A DNA stretch of 64,000 bases from Gammaproteobacteria bacterium. Its GTDB lineage: Bacteria > Pseudomonadota > Gammaproteobacteria > G965277405. The DNA is taken from assembly GCA_965277405.1 (NCBI GenBank), contig OZ255726.1, positions 1,536,001-1,600,000 on the forward strand, written 5' to 3'. The position numbers were made by a program, and so were the translations under genes. A model generated the notes under the pieces. That model was not told where the DNA came from and searched no databases. It saw only the letters and a program-made list of their open reading frames with translations. The stretch's first letter is position 1, and every line of letters begins with the position of its first letter. Positions 51,507-60,916 of this stretch are shown piece after piece.

Positions 51507-52739
51507 TCAATCCCAGCTTAAGGCACCACCCATTTGGTATTCAGTCACTTTCGTTTCAAAGAAGTTTTTTTCTTTGCGCAAATCAATAATCTCAGCCATC
51601 CATGGGAATGGATTTTCTGCGTGTAGATATACTGCAGGCAGTCCAAGTTGGTTCAGCCTGCGGTTGGCGACAAAGTGTAAATATTCTTCCATCATTTTTG
51701 CATTCATCCCCAGCACACCTTCTTGCATGGTTTCGCGGGCAAATTCAACTTCTAGCTCGGTACCTTCGATAATCATTTGAATAACTTCTTGCTGAAACTC
51801 TTTTGTCCACAACTGGGGGTTTTCTGCTGCAATTCCGTTGATCAAGTCGATGCCAAAATTCACATGCATTGACTCATCGCGCAAAATATATTGAAACTGC
51901 TCAGCGACACCCATCATTTTTTTAGCACGCCCCATAGATAGAATTTGCGAAAATCCACAATAAAAAAACATCCCTTCAAGCACACAATAAAATGCGACTA
52001 AATTACGCAGTAGTTCTTGATCAGTGGCAACAGTTCCTGTTTTAAAAGCTGAATTGGCAACTTTTGCGGTGTATTTAATCCCCCAAGCTGCCTTGCGAGC
52101 AACACTGTCTACCTCATGATACATATTAAATATTTCACCAATATCCAGACCGAGTGATTCAACACAATATTGATATGAATGGGTATGCACAGCTTCTTCA
52201 AACGCTTGGCGTAATAGAAATTGGCGGCATTCAGGATTGGTAATATGGCGGTATATTGCTAGGACTAAGTTATTTGCTACCAGTGAGTCTGCTGTGGCAA
52301 AAAAACCAAGCGAGCGTTCGATTATTTGCCGCTCATTTGCCGATAATTTATCGGACTTCCATAGGGCAATATCTGCAGCCATGGATATTTCTTGCGGCAT
52401 CCATGTATTGGCACAACCTGCTAGATACCGCTTCCATGCCCAATCATATTTCATCGGTTCAATTTGATTGACGTCAGCACGGCAGTTAATTATTTTCTTG
52501 TCATCAACGCTCACTCGTAGCGCCGCTGCTTGACCTTCTAGCTCTTGCGTGCCATCTTCTAAGTTGATGTCTTGAATACTTGCTAATGCGCGTCGATAAA
52601 TTTGTTCTGCGTTGGTGCGTGGAATAGTCTGTGTTGCTACTGTGGATTGTATTGAGTTTTTCATAAGTTTCTCGTGTTGTTGTTCCTGTTTTGGCTCTGT
52701 TGCTGAGCCGCTAAATATGTCGTCTATGGGTGTTACCAT
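51507..52739 (-). CDS. nrdB: Class Ia ribonucleotide reductase beta subunit
   Basis: [47 protein letters not shown] and C-terminal LSWD. Confidence 0.95.
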   Translation of the reverse strand: MVTPIDDIFSGSATEPKQEQQHEKLMKNSIQSTVATQTIPRTNAEQIYRRALASIQDINLEDGTQELEGQAAALRVSVDDKKIINCRADVNQIEPMKYDWAWKRYLAGCANTWMPQEISMAADIALWKSDKLSANERQIIERSLGFFATADSLVANNLVLAIYRHITNPECRQFLLRQAFEEAVHTHSYQYCVESLGLDIGEIFNMYHEVDSVARKAAWGIKYTAKVANSAFKTGTVATDQELLRNLVAFYCVLEGMFFYCGFSQILSMGRAKKMMGVAEQFQYILRDESMHVNFGIDLINGIAAENPQLWTKEFQQEVIQMIIEGTELEVEFARETMQEGVLGMNAKMMEEYLHFVANRRLNQLGLPAVYLHAENPFPWMAEIIDLRKEKNFFETKVTEYQMGGALSWD

Positions 52740-52782
52740 GGTCTATTTTCTCCAGTTAGTGCCGCTAAGATTGCAGTTGCCC

Positions 52783-55509
52783 TTATTGGCAAACATCACA
52801 TATTCCACTATCTTGATCATTTTTTTTCAGTGGTTTGTTGATGGTTTTGCTTGTAGACATTTCTGCCTGAGTTGCGCCGAGTGTGCGCAAGTAATACGTG
52901 CACTTCACCCCATTGCGCCATGCTGATTTATATAATTGATCCAGATCTCGACCTGAGGAGGTATCAAGATATAAATTGAGTGATTGTGATTGATCAATCC
53001 ATTTTTGCCGTCGCGCTGCTGCGCGCACCAACCATTGTTGATCTATTTCAAATGCGGTTTTAAACCGGCTACGAATTGCTGCTGGGATTTTTTCAATACT
53101 GCTAATGCTGCCTTGTTGCTCTTTCAGTAACTCTTGCATATCGGCGTCCCAAATACCTGATTTTTTAAGTTCGCCGATCAATTCTGGGTTAATTATAACG
53201 AATTCGCCTGAGAGCGTGCTAATGGTATGCAAATTGCTATACATCGGCTCGATTGAGCGGCTGGCACCAGTAATATTAGCTATTGTCGCCGTTGGCGCAA
53301 TTGCCATTACATTTGAGTTACGCATCCCTTGCTCCGCAACCTTTGCACGAATACCACTCCAATCTAGGCTTGATCCATAATTAAAAACTGAATATTTTGC
53401 GCCGCGTTGCTCCTCGAGCATTTTTAAAGAATCTATTGGAAAAATATCTTTGCTCCATAACGACCCAGCATAGCTTGGATATGCGCCACGTTCGCCAGCA
53501 AGGTCACTGGAAGCCTCGATCGCATACAAGCTAATGCTTTCCATTGAGAAATCGGCAAATTCAACGGCTGCATCTGAATCGTAGGTATACCCCAATATAT
53601 TTAGCGCGTCCTGAAACCCCATCAGCCCCAGACCAACTGGTCGATGCCGCATATTGGAGGTGCGCGCCTTGTCAACAGCATAAAAGTTAATATCAATCAC
53701 GTTATCTAACATCCGCACCGCTGTGCGTACTGTGCTGCGCAGACTCTGTTGATCAATGGCAATATTGCCGCTGGCATCAGTGTGCATGTGTCTGGCAATA
53801 TTTATAGAGCCAAGATTGCAGACAGCAATTTCGTCTTTATTAGTATTTAAGGTAATTTCTGTACACAAATTTGATGAGTGCACCACCCCTACATGCTGCT
53901 GCGGTGAGCGAATATTGCACGGGTCTTTAAACGTCAGCCATGGATGCCCTGTTTCAAACAACATTGTCAGCATTTTTCGCCATAAATAGACAGCTTGTAC
54001 CTCTTTACCAGCAATAATTTTTTGTTGCGCCTGACGCTCGTAATGCTGATAGCGTTGGCGAAATTCACTACCATAGACTTCGTGTAAATCTGGAGTTTCG
54101 TTTGGTGAGAACAAGGTCCATACACCATTTTCATGCACCCGTTGCATAAACAAATCTGGCACCCACAACGCCGTGTCAATATCTGGTGTTCTGCGGCGGT
54201 CGTCGCCAGTGTTTTTTCGCAACTCTAGAAATTCTTCGACGTCGCCGTGCCACACTTCTAAATACGCACAGACTGCCCCTTTGCGCTTGCCGCCTTGGTT
54301 GACAGCGCCCGCTGTTGCATCGAGAATATTTAAGAAGGGTACGACACCTTGGGAATGACCGTTCGTTCCTTTTATCCGTGAGTTGAGCGCGCGCACTGGG
54401 GTCCAATCGTTGCCTAGACCACCTGCCCATTTTGATAACATTGCGTTATCGTGAATGCTGTTAAAAATCCCGTCTAAATCATCAGGAATAGTTGTTAAAT
54501 AGCATGAGGACAGTTGGGGTCGCCGCGTACCAGCATTAAATAAAGTAGGCGTTGATGCCATATAACCAAACTGTGACAACAAATGATAAAACTCGATGGC
54601 CCGCGCTGTAGGTTGATCTTCATTAATTGCTAACCCCATTGCTACGCGCATATAAAATGTTTGCGGCAATTCAAATCGATTGCCATTTTTATGCAAAAAG
54701 TAGCGGTCTTCAAGTGTTTGTAACCCCACATATTGAAACTGTAAATCACGGCTGGGGACAATTTCCTTCCCCAGCGCTGCAAGGTCAAAGCGTGTTAGCA
54801 GCACCGGGTTTAGGAGCTCATGCTCAACGCCTATTTTTAGACCTGCTACAAATATCTCTGGGTATAATTGGTTTAAATGTGTGTGGTCAGCATGTTGGTG
54901 TACGCCAGTAAACAAACAGACACGGACAACCAAATAATCGAGCAGTACGCGAGCACTTGCATACGTTGCTTCTGGTACGCGTCCTACCAATGTGTGAATT
55001 TCAAGAATAATTTCTCGGGTAATGTCTTCATATGAAATATCTGGACACAAATTCTCCAACACCCGTTCAAAAATAATGCGAACATTTAATCCTGAGAAAG
55101 GCTCACAAACGGCGGCAATATAATCAAATAGCCACTTTTTATCTAATTGCGCAACAGTATTTCCTGCTGAATCAATGTACGGATACTCTTGCTTGTTATT
55201 TTTACTTCTGTTAAGAATTAATTGACGGGCAAATTTCTTATAATCCCGCGCAATAGATACCGCATATATAGCATCGGTCAGATGCTCTGGAAAGATATCA
55301 TTGCCAGGTCGCTCTTGCTGCTCTTGGTAAACTACTGCAGCTATAAAATCATCAAGATGGTCAATATGCTCAACATCATGCCTGCTGGTAATGGTAAAAA
55401 TGCTTTGTTTTAACTGCTGGTAATCAAATGGCTGCTGGTTGCCTTCGCTGTGTCGTATCGATTTGTTGGCGACGCTAATGATCTTCTGTTGTGTTGTGTC
55501 CACGTACAT
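52783..55509 (-). CDS. nrdA: Class Ia ribonucleotide reductase alpha subunit
   Basis: STPTLFNAG, QLSSCYL, SSNLCTEI, VCNLGS, AIAPTATI, KCTYYLR and C-terminal CDVCQ. Confidence 0.96.
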   Translation of the reverse strand: MYVDTTQQKIISVANKSIRHSEGNQQPFDYQQLKQSIFTITSRHDVEHIDHLDDFIAAVVYQEQQERPGNDIFPEHLTDAIYAVSIARDYKKFARQLILNRSKNNKQEYPYIDSAGNTVAQLDKKWLFDYIAAVCEPFSGLNVRIIFERVLENLCPDISYEDITREIILEIHTLVGRVPEATYASARVLLDYLVVRVCLFTGVHQHADHTHLNQLYPEIFVAGLKIGVEHELLNPVLLTRFDLAALGKEIVPSRDLQFQYVGLQTLEDRYFLHKNGNRFELPQTFYMRVAMGLAINEDQPTARAIEFYHLLSQFGYMASTPTLFNAGTRRPQLSSCYLTTIPDDLDGIFNSIHDNAMLSKWAGGLGNDWTPVRALNSRIKGTNGHSQGVVPFLNILDATAGAVNQGGKRKGAVCAYLEVWHGDVEEFLELRKNTGDDRRRTPDIDTALWVPDLFMQRVHENGVWTLFSPNETPDLHEVYGSEFRQRYQHYERQAQQKIIAGKEVQAVYLWRKMLTMLFETGHPWLTFKDPCNIRSPQQHVGVVHSSNLCTEITLNTNKDEIAVCNLGSINIARHMHTDASGNIAIDQQSLRSTVRTAVRMLDNVIDINFYAVDKARTSNMRHRPVGLGLMGFQDALNILGYTYDSDAAVEFADFSMESISLYAIEASSDLAGERGAYPSYAGSLWSKDIFPIDSLKMLEEQRGAKYSVFNYGSSLDWSGIRAKVAEQGMRNSNVMAIAPTATIANITGASRSIEPMYSNLHTISTLSGEFVIINPELIGELKKSGIWDADMQELLKEQQGSISSIEKIPAAIRSRFKTAFEIDQQWLVRAAARRQKWIDQSQSLNLYLDTSSGRDLDQLYKSAWRNGVKCTYYLRTLGATQAEMSTSKTINKPLKKNDQDSGICDVCQ

Positions 55510-55820
55510 GTTGCTGAGTATTATGTTGATTGGTTAAATACAGTCATATTATGCTGCTATTTCCTGCCAGCTACGGCAGCAAAACCCACGCAAAGCGTAT
55601 GTAGTGCAACTGATTTTTTAATGGAGGACTGTGTTGTTACTGTTATCTAATTATTGGGAGGCAGGCTCTATTATCGCGTGAACCTACCCGTGCTGTGATG
55701 TAACATATACATGTATAGTTGTATATTATTGGTGTTGAAGTGCCGATGTCACTCAACTGCAGCACAATGTTGTGCTGCAATGAATTATGTATTACCACTT
55801 CTTATTACTACAACTTACTA

Positions 55821-55877
55821 CCACAACATATAGTGTGTTTTTTTGTAATTTTGTTCTAAAAGCACTATATGTTGTTT
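55821..55877. promoter_or_regulatory. Two tandem NrdR boxes upstream of nrdA
   Basis: CCACAACATATAGTGT (55821-55836) and GCACTATATGTTGTTT (55862-55877) match the palindromic NrdR consensus acaCwAtATaTwGtgt; starts are 41 bp apart. Confidence 0.78.
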
Positions 55878-56362
55878 TTATATTGTCAGAGCTTTGTAAT
55901 GATTGCAATACGATATTACCTGGCACAACATGCCCTTACCAGCAAAGCCATTGTTTACCGCAACTTTCATCTAAAAAAAAATTCTCTGATTTCTTGCCGA
56001 TATCATTGACATATATTTTTTGTGAAAATATAGGGATACCGTAATAATCGTCCCGAATTTGTAATACAAATGCACGAGAAATAATGATGAAATATCAAGG
56101 ATATATAATTTTAAGCTAGCCTCATTGCCTGGGCAGGCCTTGGTAGGACGCCAGCACAACTGCCATTACTCATGCTCACAACATGCACGGTCAGTGCTGC
56201 AGCATGCGCTTGCTTACATATTGTATTTACTAAATGCTGATGATCGTTGTCAATACCGAGCTTCCCTAATGATGTGTCACCAACACCAACAATATTGGAC
56301 TGGATGCCGCATCGTTGTTACTCCGTCTCACCCATCTTGGACTGCAGCAGAGTTACCATAAT

Positions 56363-57049
56363 TTAGCAGGCAGGTATCACGGCCTGTGTGGCGATTTTAG
56401 GGAGTGGCAAATCGAGGCGCTCCCAGGTGGAGCAGTATTTTTGTAGTGCTGCGTCTGGATTGACCACAACCGGATGTGCAACACGCTGCAGCAACGGCAG
56501 ATCGTTGATTGAGTCTGAATAAAACCAAGTGTTTGCATACGATAAATCGGGCTTGGCGGCGAACCATTGTTCAACGACGACGCATTTGCCAACATTGAAT
56601 GTTGCGGTGCCGAGAATTTTCCCAGTAAAACGACCTGCCACTTGTGCTAGCATCGTTCCAAATGCCGCGTCCACATCAAACAGCTGTGCTGCGGCTTTGA
56701 CCAAATACATATTTGATGCTGAAACGATAATAATATCATCGCCTGCGGCGCGATGTTGCGCAATCCGCTCAACAAGTTCAGGGTATATCCAATATTGGAC
56801 AACGGTTTCCATATATTCTTGCAACAATACTGTGCGTTGTGCACCGACAGCATTCAAGACATCTGCAACGAACACAATATAGTCGGTCATCTGCAATTCG
56901 CCGGTATCATACAAGCGCATGAAGCCACGGTTACGTTGCTCATACCACTGTGCATCTACCACGTTTTTGTGGATCAAAAATCGCCCCCAACCGTAATCGC
57001 TGTCCGCAGCAATCAGCGTTTTATCTAAATCAAAGACAGCTAATTGCAT
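56363..57049 (-). CDS. HAD-IB (SerB-like) hydrolase, possibly histidinol-phosphatase-like
   Basis: FDLDKTL, IIVSAS, FYSDSINDLPLL and VNPD motifs. Confidence 0.88.
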   Translation of the reverse strand: MQLAVFDLDKTLIAADSDYGWGRFLIHKNVVDAQWYEQRNRGFMRLYDTGELQMTDYIVFVADVLNAVGAQRTVLLQEYMETVVQYWIYPELVERIAQHRAAGDDIIIVSASNMYLVKAAAQLFDVDAAFGTMLAQVAGRFTGKILGTATFNVGKCVVVEQWFAAKPDLSYANTWFYSDSINDLPLLQRVAHPVVVNPDAALQKYCSTWERLDLPLPKIATQAVIPAC

Positions 57050-57062
57050 GGCTATGAACTAA

Positions 57063-57346
57063 GGAAGCTCTGATTAACTTGCTGATGGAGCGAGGTTGCC
57101 TGCAATTGCTGATGATTGCAAGGCGCATTCCGCAGGTGCATGCCGTAGCATATACGCCAAGGGATGCAACACAGCAAGTACCGCTTGTAGGCAAACCATC
57201 ATATATTCAATAGAAGGACGGGAAAAAACGCTGCGATCCGTTGTTGCAGAACTTGATAATACCACCAGTATTATCTGCGCACTGCGTCTAGTTATCATCA
57301 GCGTTTTTTCTCCGTCTCGCCCATCATGGACTTAATCAGAGCTTCC
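57063..57346. mobile_element. Full-length MITE (284 bp) inserted in the last codons of argF
   Basis: Terminal repeats GGAAGCTCTGATTAA / TTAATCAGAGCTTCC (perfect 15 bp), with a CTAA duplication at 57059-57062 and 57347-57350. Confidence 0.95.
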
Positions 57347-58248
57347 CTAAGTGAAATCATCAACGCTTTTTGGCTATGCAACCGATTTTCTGTGCCATGC
57401 CAAACCCCAGAGCATGCGTCATGCAATACATATTCATCGACTTCTTCACCGCGGTTTGCGGGTAAACAATGCAAAAACAATACATTTGTACTTGCTTGTG
57501 CGATCAATGCTCTATTGACTTGATACGGGGAAAACTTCATATTTCTTGCTGCTGACCCCGTATCACCCATCGAAGCCCAGACATCGGTAACGATTAAATC
57601 TGCACCGCGCACTGCTACCACAGGGTCTGCTTCTTTGGTATAATTCCTGCCATATTGCGCGACTATGGCTTGGTCAGGTTCATAGCCATCAGGACCGGCG
57701 TGAACCAGTTCAAATTTGAGCAAATATGAGGCTTCAATATATGAGTTAAGAATATTATTGCCGTCGCCCATATAGGCGACTTTCCTTCCTGCAATATCGC
57801 CGCGCAATTCAGAAAATGTTTGCATATCCGCAATGATTTCACACGGGTGATGCGTGTCTGTTAAGCCGTTGATAACTGGCACTTTGGCTACAGCTGCAAA
57901 CCTCTCTACCTCAGCTTGCTCAAAGGTGCGAATCATCACCATATCGACCATTGATGTCACCGCCATTGCAGTGTCTTCAATCGATTCGTTGCGGCTCAAC
58001 TGCAATGCATCTCTTTGTAAAAACATCGCGTGACCACCAAGATGGTAAAACCCAGCCTCAAATGACACCCGCGTGCGTGTGGAAGGTTTTGCAAAAATCA
58101 TTGCCAAGGTTTTGCCCTGAAATACCTTGGGGTTTTTTCCTTGGTAATGATCCCGCTTAATTTGCTTTGCGGCATCTATCAGTGCCACAAATGACTGGGC
58201 TGATAGGTCAGCTATTCTCAAAAAATGTTTCATAAATATAGTTGTCAC
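57298..58248 (-). CDS. argF: Ornithine carbamoyltransferase (last 16 aa MITE-derived)
   Basis: STRTRVSF, HHPCE, DVWASMG, FLHCLPA and ENRLH motifs. Confidence 0.95.
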   Translation of the reverse strand: MTTIFMKHFLRIADLSAQSFVALIDAAKQIKRDHYQGKNPKVFQGKTLAMIFAKPSTRTRVSFEAGFYHLGGHAMFLQRDALQLSRNESIEDTAMAVTSMVDMVMIRTFEQAEVERFAAVAKVPVINGLTDTHHPCEIIADMQTFSELRGDIAGRKVAYMGDGNNILNSYIEASYLLKFELVHAGPDGYEPDQAIVAQYGRNYTKEADPVVAVRGADLIVTDVWASMGDTGSAARNMKFSPYQVNRALIAQASTNVLFLHCLPANRGEEVDEYVLHDACSGVWHGTENRLHSQKALMISLREALIKSMMGETEKKR

Positions 58249-59849
58249 TCAACTGGTTGGAATGCTTGCAATGTGAAGGCACGCTCGTTTTTTATTTGTT
58301 CAATTTGTTTTTTGACAACTTCAGATTGCTTATTCGCAATCCCGTTATTATCGATGCCAGTAATCCGGCTACAATTATCCGTGCAGACAGAGCGTAATGG
58401 ATAACATTGCGGGTTCGATTGCTGCGCCAGGGCATATTTTAATTGTAATTCCCATAGGCCTGCAACGGTGTTTCCTGCAACAATTTTCCCTTGCACTTTA
58501 AATAACAACGCCTCTAGCACTTGGGCGTTGGTGTTCAGCGTATGGCTTGCTATCAACTCCTGACTCCTTTCATACACGCCTTCATACAGACCACGCTCTT
58601 GGTGTATTAGCGCACTGGCGCGATTAAACAACATTGTGGTAAACGGCGAATCCCATAATACCCACATTGCAATAGCTGCTTTGGTAGTCATTGCCGTATA
58701 TTGCGGCACACCTTCGCCGAGCTCATTAATTGTATTCCACGCTTTTCCATTAGCATATATTGTGTCATACACAAAATACGGCGGTCCTGGTAATTCGTAT
58801 TCGCTCTTAGCTGTGAGTAAGCTGGTACGCTCAAAGCGTTGGCGTTGCGCTGTATATAAACGTTGGGCTTGTTGATACGAAAAAGTGTCTGTGTACAGAG
58901 TTTCCTTGCTGGTGGTGTCGCGTGGGTTATCCCAAGCATATTCAATGCCGTCGAGCAAATAACTATCGGCCATCAAAAAACTCTTCTCGCTGAGGCTATT
59001 GACATCACGGCTATCAATGTAGACATTTTGTTTCTCAACTTGTACTTGTATTACCGGCTCAATTGTTGCTGCAGCGTCTGCATTAAACCCCCACATCCGA
59101 AACCCTTTCGCAGCATATTCTTCATAGCCCAGCCGCCCCTGTTGCAATACATGCAGTACATTATCACGATCTATGGAACCAGCGTATAATACACCTTGAT
59201 CTATAACCCCACAATAATTCCAGCGCAAGGTGATTCGATCTATCAATCCAGCAAGTTCTGGGTTTTTCTCACGCAATATACGCAACCAAGTAAGCAAGCG
59301 GCCAATCTCAATCGGCGAATAACCAAATTCGCCTGCTTTACCTTTATAATTGATTGGCTTCCCTGAATTAACTGAGTAAAACCTATTGGGAATTTTATCT
59401 TGAAACAACTTCTGTTGGTGTAAAGTAAGCAGCAAGGCGTTCACGCGCCGGCGATACTCAATATTGTCAATAAGCTGCAGTTGTACTGCCGACACCAACG
59501 CCGCAATTGTTGAGCCCACATGCCACATGCTGGCAACAGGTTCATGGTGTATTGCATTGACTAGTCCTGTTTTTGGATTGGTGTTGGCAATAAAATACTG
59601 CCAAGCTACGCCTGCAAGCTGCTGTTCTTCAATTGATAATGGACCGTGACGAGGGTGTATTTGTAGCACATTTTCTTGTAGCACCCGCCCTGAAACATGC
59701 TTAAATTGCTTGAGGGTTGCCGCTCCATACACGCTACCTTTTTCTGTAATATAGCTATATCCACTGGTCCATATGTCATTTGACGCCACCCACAACACTA
59801 CTACAATCAGCAGTCCTTTTCTGGAGAGAACACGTGAAAATAACTGCAT
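58245..59849 (-). CDS. DUF3131-family protein (putative glucan-active alpha/alpha-barrel enzyme) with N-terminal anchor
   Basis: AWQYF..N, GRLLTWL, GRLGYEEYAA, PPYFVYDTI and NTNAQVLEALLFK motifs typical of DUF3131. Confidence 0.75.
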   Translation of the reverse strand: MQLFSRVLSRKGLLIVVVLWVASNDIWTSGYSYITEKGSVYGAATLKQFKHVSGRVLQENVLQIHPRHGPLSIEEQQLAGVAWQYFIANTNPKTGLVNAIHHEPVASMWHVGSTIAALVSAVQLQLIDNIEYRRRVNALLLTLHQQKLFQDKIPNRFYSVNSGKPINYKGKAGEFGYSPIEIGRLLTWLRILREKNPELAGLIDRITLRWNYCGVIDQGVLYAGSIDRDNVLHVLQQGRLGYEEYAAKGFRMWGFNADAAATIEPVIQVQVEKQNVYIDSRDVNSLSEKSFLMADSYLLDGIEYAWDNPRDTTSKETLYTDTFSYQQAQRLYTAQRQRFERTSLLTAKSEYELPGPPYFVYDTIYANGKAWNTINELGEGVPQYTAMTTKAAIAMWVLWDSPFTTMLFNRASALIHQERGLYEGVYERSQELIASHTLNTNAQVLEALLFKVQGKIVAGNTVAGLWELQLKYALAQQSNPQCYPLRSVCTDNCSRITGIDNNGIANKQSEVVKKQIEQIKNERAFTLQAFQPVE

Positions 59850-59876
59850 GGCTATTAGCAGGGACTTTCCATGAAT

Positions 59877-60353
59877 TTACACATATTCCACAACCTCTAT
59901 TTCATAGTCAATGTCACCGCTTGGTGTTGTCACAGTCACAATATCGTCAACTTCTTTTCCCATCAACGCACGTGCAATTGGCGAAGTTACAGAAAGTTTT
60001 TGCACGGCAACATCGGCCTCATCCTCTCCGACTATTCGCCATGTTAAACTTTTATCAGTAGCACAATTTAAAATAGTAACCGTTGTGCCAAACACCACTT
60101 TGTTACTTGGAGTAAGCGAGGTAATATCAATCACTTGCGCTGCACTAATCCGTCCTTCTATGTCGCTAATCCGCGCTTCATTCAGACCTTGTTCCTCACG
60201 GGCAGCGTGGTATTCGGCATTCTCCTTCAAGTCGCCATGCGCACGCGCTTCAGCAATAGCATTGGTGATGCGCGGACGATCTATTTTAGTTCGCTGAGCT
60301 AATTCGTGGCGTAAGGCCTCAAGCCCAGCTGGAGTCATTGGATAACGCTGCAT
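59877..60353 (-). CDS. greA: Transcription elongation factor GreA
   Basis: [24 protein letters not shown] and SPIARAL motifs. Confidence 0.97.
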   Translation of the reverse strand: MQRYPMTPAGLEALRHELAQRTKIDRPRITNAIAEARAHGDLKENAEYHAAREEQGLNEARISDIEGRISAAQVIDITSLTPSNKVVFGTTVTILNCATDKSLTWRIVGEDEADVAVQKLSVTSPIARALMGKEVDDIVTVTTPSGDIDYEIEVVEYV

Positions 60354-60634
60354 AATTCAATTCAAATTAAATGATGTTGCACATGTTGCCATGCCAGAAA
60401 AGAGTTCAAAGGAGATAGTGGCTTGTGGTATGGAATTATTTACTGCTGCAAGCTATACATCATCAATGACACATGTTGAGTGAGTATAGTAATCGCCTCA
60501 AATAGAGTTGCCATAAATCAAGCGGATTGATTGTCACCAACTATGATAATTATGTCTTCATGAAATACCAGCGTAGTCAACATCACTCAATATACCAGCG
60601 ATCAGGCATATTTACAATTTAAGATGGACAACTA

Positions 60635-60911
60635 GTAAGCTCTGATTAACTTGCTGATGGATCGAGTTTGCCTGCAATTGCTGATGATTGCAAGGCGCAT
60701 TCCGCAGGTGCATGCCGTAGCATATACGCCAAGGGATGCAACACAGCAAGTACCGCTGCAGCAAACCGTTATATATTCAACAGAAGGACGGGAAAAAACG
60801 CTGCGCGCCGTCGTTGCAGCACTTGGTAATACCCACCAGACCCACCAGTATTATCTGCGTACTACGCTTAAGTTATCATCAGCGTTTTTTCTCCGTCTCG
60901 CCCATCATGGA
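60635..60911. mobile_element. Near-full-length MITE copy abutting the rne stop; the end next to rne has lost its TIR
   Basis: GTAAGCTCTGATTAACTTGCTGATGG...CTCCGTCTCGCCCATCATGGA, highly similar to the 57063 copy. CTAA at 60917-60920 contains the rne stop. Confidence 0.92.
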
Positions 60912-60916
60912 GTCAA

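Noticed and set aside
55510-56362. Long intergenic region considered as an ncRNA, riboswitch or small gene
   Set aside because: Apart from the NrdR boxes and a TIR trace at ~56258, I recognised no RNA motif (such as a cobalamin riboswitch) and no credible ORF.
42989-57346. MITE considered as an arginine-specific riboswitch or ARG-box element, since it flanks argG and argF
   Set aside because: It also occurs at rne, rnhB and the GT2/giant-gene junction, has TIRs and target duplications, and lies mostly 3' of genes.
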